Below, piece after piece: positions 59,259 to 64,000 of a stretch of 64,000 nucleotides of DNA (position 1 is its first letter; every line of letters begins with the position of its first letter). The position numbers and the translations under genes are program-made. Source of the stretch: Rhodospirillaceae bacterium (lineage in GTDB: Bacteria; Pseudomonadota; Alphaproteobacteria; UBA6615); assembly GCA_038132575.1 (NCBI GenBank), contig JAYPRP010000004.1, positions 5,748-69,747 on the forward strand. The letters are read 5' to 3'. The notes beneath the pieces were generated by a model that did no database searches, was not told where the DNA came from, and was given only the letters and a program-made list of their open reading frames with translations.

Positions 59259-60830
59259 CTACCCCCGCAGCTTAAACCGCTGGATCTTGCCCGTCGCGGT
59301 CTTCGGTAGCTCGTCCACGAAGTGGACCCAGCGCGGATATTTGTAGCGGGCGAGCTCGGCCTGGCAGAAGGCCTTGAGCTCTTCGGCGAGCGCGTCGGAC
59401 GCGTCGCCCGACTCTTTCAGGATCACGAAGGCCTCGGGCTTGATCAGCTCGTCATCGTCGGCCCGGCCGATGATCGCCGCCTCGAGCACGGCGTCGTGCG
59501 CCACCAGCCGCGCCTCGATCTCCACCGGCGAGACCCAGATTCCGCCCACCTTGAGCATGTCGTCGCTGCGCCCGCAGCAGATGAAGCAGCCGTCTTCGTC
59601 CTGCATGTAGGAATCGCCGGTGCGGATCCAGCCGTCGGTGATGGCGGCGGCCGTACGCTCGGGCTGGTTCCAGTAGCGCGACGTGATCGAGTCCCCGCGG
59701 ATCATCAGGTTGCCGATCTCGCCCGGGGCGACGGGGTTGTCATCGTCATCGACGATCTTTGCCTCGTAGCCCGGCACGAGTTTTCCGTTGACGCCCGGCT
59801 TCGCGTCGCCGGGGCCGTTGCCGATGAAGATGTGGAGAATCTCCGTGGTGCCGATGCCGTCGAGGATCTCGAGGCCGGTCCTCTCGCGCCAGCGCTCGAA
59901 GATGTTCGCGGGCAGGGGCTCGCCGGCCGACACGCAGGCGCGCAGGCTCGACAGGTCGGTGTCCGCGCTCTCCAGCGCATGGAGCTGGGCGGCGAACAGG
60001 GTCGGCACGGCGTAGTAGAGGGTCGGGCGATACCGCTCGATATGGTCGGCCATGATTTCGGGCGTGGGCCGGCCCGCGAACAGCACCGCCTGGCCGCCGG
60101 CCCATAGCGGGAACGTCATCGCGTTGCCGAGCCCGTAGGCGAAGAACAGCTTGGCGGCGGAGAAGTGGATATCCTCCGCCGTGATCCCGAGTGTCTCGAC
60201 GCCGTAATACTGGCTGGTCACCACCATGTCCCGGTGGGCATGGACTGCACCCTTGGGCGTCCCGGTGGAACCCGAGGTGTAGAGCCAGAAGCAGTCGGCG
60301 TCGGCGGTGGCTGGTGCTGCCTCGAGTTCCGGCGCGGCGGCGGCCATGCGTCCGGCAAGGCTGTCGTCCCCGCCTACGGTTGGTAAGCTGTGGGCCGGCT
60401 GCGCCGCGGCGATCGCGGGTTCCATGGCCTCCGCGAATTCGGGCGACCAGATAACGCAGGTGGCGCCCGAATCCTCGATGATGAACTGGTGATCGCCCGC
60501 CCGCAGGAGCGTGTTCACGGGCACCGGCACGAAGCCTGCCTTGATCGCCCCCCAGAAGGCGAAGAAGAAGGCCGGACAGTCCTTGATCGCGAGGATCACC
60601 CGGTCGCCGAGCGTGAGCCCCAGGGCCGCGAGCGCGTTCCCGGCCCGGTTCACGCTCTCGGCGAGCTGGGCATAGGTCGTGTCGCCGTCGTCATCACGAA
60701 TGGCGATCTTGTCGCCGCGGTCCTCGTCGATGTGCCGGTCGATGAACGGCACCGCCACGTTGAACCGCTCCGCATAGGTCAGCGTCGCCGGGCTGGTGGA
60801 CGTATCGACGGTGACGGTGTTGGGGGTCAT
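59259..60830 (-). CDS. benzoate-CoA ligase-family AMP-binding enzyme
   Basis: 'LYTSGSTGTPKGAVHAHRDM', the substrate-pocket region and the C-terminal 'KTATGKIQRFKLR' are present. The ATG at 60830 (MTPNTV...) was chosen, because the ORF-track start at 60854 is a TTG inside a palindrome. Confidence 0.72.
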   Translation of the reverse strand: MTPNTVTVDTSTSPATLTYAERFNVAVPFIDRHIDEDRGDKIAIRDDDGDTTYAQLAESVNRAGNALAALGLTLGDRVILAIKDCPAFFFAFWGAIKAGFVPVPVNTLLRAGDHQFIIEDSGATCVIWSPEFAEAMEPAIAAAQPAHSLPTVGGDDSLAGRMAAAAPELEAAPATADADCFWLYTSGSTGTPKGAVHAHRDMVVTSQYYGVETLGITAEDIHFSAAKLFFAYGLGNAMTFPLWAGGQAVLFAGRPTPEIMADHIERYRPTLYYAVPTLFAAQLHALESADTDLSSLRACVSAGEPLPANIFERWRERTGLEILDGIGTTEILHIFIGNGPGDAKPGVNGKLVPGYEAKIVDDDDNPVAPGEIGNLMIRGDSITSRYWNQPERTAAAITDGWIRTGDSYMQDEDGCFICCGRSDDMLKVGGIWVSPVEIEARLVAHDAVLEAAIIGRADDDELIKPEAFVILKESGDASDALAEELKAFCQAELARYKYPRWVHFVDELPKTATGKIQRFKLRG

Positions 60831-60854
60831 CGGTCGGTATTCCTGCGGATTCAA

Positions 60855-60976
60855 CCCTCTCCCATAGGGAGAGGGTGGCGAACAACGTGAGCCGGGTGAG
60901 GGGTTACGGTTGCCGTGTGTTTGCTCGGTGGCATCTTATCCCCTCACCCCAAACCCCTCTCCCCATGGGAGAGGGG
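60855..60976. repeat. nested palindromic element: hairpin CCCTCTCCC-ata-GGGAGAGGG (60855-60875), inverted arms GGTGAGGGG(60895-60903)/CCCCTCACC(60940-60948), hairpin CCCCTCTCC-ccatgg-GAGAGGGG (60954-60976)
   Basis: Perfect complementarity was read directly from the sequence. The element lies between the ligase start and the DUF559 3' end, overlapping the last 11 codons of DUF559. Confidence 0.6.
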
Positions 60977-61300
60977 CTTTGCGGAACGAGCGGTATTGAG
61001 AATTTCCATCAAGACGCCGTCGATGTTCTCGATGACCTCGTTGTTCCAGAAGCGGATCACGATGTAGCCCATGGATTCCAGTGTCTGTGTGCGCTCGGTG
61101 TCTGCTTCCGTTTGTTGCGCATGTTGTCCACCGTCGAGCTCGACAATCAGCTTCTCGGACTCCGACACGAAATCGACGATGTAGCGCCCGATCGGGTTCT
61201 GGCGTCGAAACTTGATGCCGTCCAGCTGGCGATTCCGAAGCCGCGACCAGAGGCGTTTTTCGACTTCGGTTGCTTTTCTGCGGAGTTCGCGTTGCCTCAT
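60944..61300 (-). CDS. DUF559 (Vsr/endonuclease-like) domain protein
   Basis: 118-aa 'MRQRELRRKATEVEKRLWSRLRNRQLDGIKFRRQNPIGRYIVDFVSESEKLIVELDGGQHA...' shows the typical DUF559 restriction-endonuclease-like fold motif (R..Q..G.YI.DF.......IVElDG..H). Confidence 0.55.
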   Translation of the reverse strand: MRQRELRRKATEVEKRLWSRLRNRQLDGIKFRRQNPIGRYIVDFVSESEKLIVELDGGQHAQQTEADTERTQTLESMGYIVIRFWNNEVIENIDGVLMEILNTARSAKPLSHGERGLG

Positions 61301-61340
61301 TTTCTGCTGTTACCCCTGTTCGTTGGGCGTAAGGGCTCTC

Positions 61341-62756
<1,416 letters not shown>

Positions 62757-62760
62757 GATC

Positions 62761-64000
62761 TCAGACCCGCTTTCGGTCGTACTCGGGTTGTTTGCCGGTG
62801 CCGTAGAGCTCCAGCGCGCCGTCGTCGCCGACAGCGTTGGGGCGTTGGAAAATCCAGTTCTGCCACGCGCTCAGCCGCGCGAAGATCTTGCTCTCGATGG
62901 TCTCGGGGCCGGGGAAGCGGAGGCTTGCCTCCATGCCGGTCAGCGCGTCGGGCGAGAAGGCGGTGCGGGCCTCGATCGCGAGCCGCACCTCGTCCTCCCA
63001 GTCGATGTCGTCGGGGGCGAAGGTAACGAGGCCGAGCTCTTCGGCGTCGATCGCCTCGAGATCGCTGCCGAGCGCGTCGGCGGCCGCAGCCAGCGCGTCG
63101 TCGTCGCCGTAGAAGCGGGTCTGGAGCCGGGTAAGGCCGGTGCACATCTCAAGCGGGCCCGTGTTCATGCCGGTCAGCCGGACTGTCGCGGGTGGCAGGT
63201 TCGAGCTGTCCTCCTCGAACATGCCGTCGAGCATGTAGGAGCGGTCCGCGGCGAGCGCGAGCTCGAAGAGCGTGCCGGTGAAGCATGAGCCTGGCTCGAT
63301 GAGCGCGATCAGCGAGCGCGCGGATACGTCGATGCGTTTCAGCGTGCGGCGCAGGTAAAGCGTGATCTCGCGGACCAGCCAGTCGCCGGCATGGTCGAGC
63401 AACGCCGCGTCGTGGGCGGCCACCAGCTCCGGGTCGCCCTCGGTGCGAAACACCCAGGTGCCGATCTCTGTCTCGTTGAAGCGCAGGTGCAGGATCGCGT
63501 CGTCGAGCGCGCGGGCGATCGCCAGCGGCCAGAAGTCCACGCCGGCGGCATGGATGCCCGCCGCATCGGCCTGGGGAGCCGTCTCTGGGCCGCGAATCGT
63601 GAACGTCGCCGTCCGGGCGGCGCGGTCGAGCGCGACCGTCAGGTTCGGGTAATCGATTGCGTCATCCGAGAGCTCGCGGGCGAGCGGTGTCAGTTCGATG
63701 CCGTCCGCGTCGGCTGGCCGGTCGCTCGCCGCGATCCGCGCGTCGGTGCGCGCCGTGACGGTCTCCTCGAACTTCGAGCGGGGCACCAACGTGTCGACCA
63801 GCCGCCACTCCAGCGCACGGCGTCCACGCAAACCTTCACCGGTGGTGCAGAAGAAGTCGGCCCGGTCGCGGCGCACATGGCGCTTGTCCACCACGCGGGT
63901 GAGCCCGCCGGTGCCGGGCAGCACCGCCAGAAGCGGCACCTCGGGCAGGGAGACAGCGCTCGACCCGTCGTCGATCAGCAGGATTTCGTCGCAGGCGAGC
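62761..64000 (-). CDS. boxC: benzoyl-CoA-dihydrodiol lyase (BoxC), 3' portion; 5' end beyond window
   Basis: The frame is open to the window edge. The upstream part reads '...ACDEILLIDDGSSAVSLPEVPLLAVLPGTGGLTRV' (crotonase fold), and the C-terminal domain matches BoxC. The 63939 'start' in the ORF track is an internal GTG. Confidence 0.75.
   Translation of the reverse strand, partial: LACDEILLIDDGSSAVSLPEVPLLAVLPGTGGLTRVVDKRHVRRDRADFFCTTGEGLRGRRALEWRLVDTLVPRSKFEETVTARTDARIAASDRPADADGIELTPLARELSDDAIDYPNLTVALDRAARTATFTIRGPETAPQADAAGIHAAGVDFWPLAIARALDDAILHLRFNETEIGTWVFRTEGDPELVAAHDAALLDHAGDWLVREITLYLRRTLKRIDVSARSLIALIEPGSCFTGTLFELALAADRSYMLDGMFEEDSSNLPPATVRLTGMNTGPLEMCTGLTRLQTRFYGDDDALAAAADALGSDLEAIDAEELGLVTFAPDDIDWEDEVRLAIEARTAFSPDALTGMEASLRFPGPETIESKIFARLSAWQNWIFQRPNAVGDDGALELYGTGKQPEYDRKRV

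Overview
High-GC (~66%) alphaproteobacterial chromosomal segment with a mostly conserved, housekeeping gene order in its first 25 kb. That part holds a partial pheA, hisC and tyrC, then plsC, a DUF218 gene, ftsX and ftsE, a zinc-ribbon gene, a cpdR-like response regulator, a DUF4175 gene, lysA, a small lipoprotein and argH, followed by tlpA, hbd, etfAB, an adenosyltransferase, gluQ, coq7 and dsbB. A tRNA-Leu(CAA) at 25.36 kb marks the switch to accessory catabolic content. Downstream of it are a cupin gene with a coxG-M-S-L-like molybdo-dehydrogenase cluster, an AI-2E transporter, CMD/LLM/GGT/methyltransferase genes, tandem GSTs, and a duplicated beta-oxidation-like cluster. That cluster contains a split ACAD10/11-like pair (APH-type kinase plus ACAD) next to an SDR and an acyl-CoA synthetase, an arrangement resembling the Pseudomonas lva (4-hydroxyacid/levulinate) operon. 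After a Liv-type ABC transporter come the aerobic benzoyl-CoA (box) genes, interrupted by a DUF559 gene and nested palindromes. Three copies of a REP-like repeat and two small hairpin families, one showing compensatory substitutions, are scattered through intergenic regions. No transposase, integrase or CRISPR array was seen. The many long antisense ORFs are treated as artifacts of GC-rich sequence.
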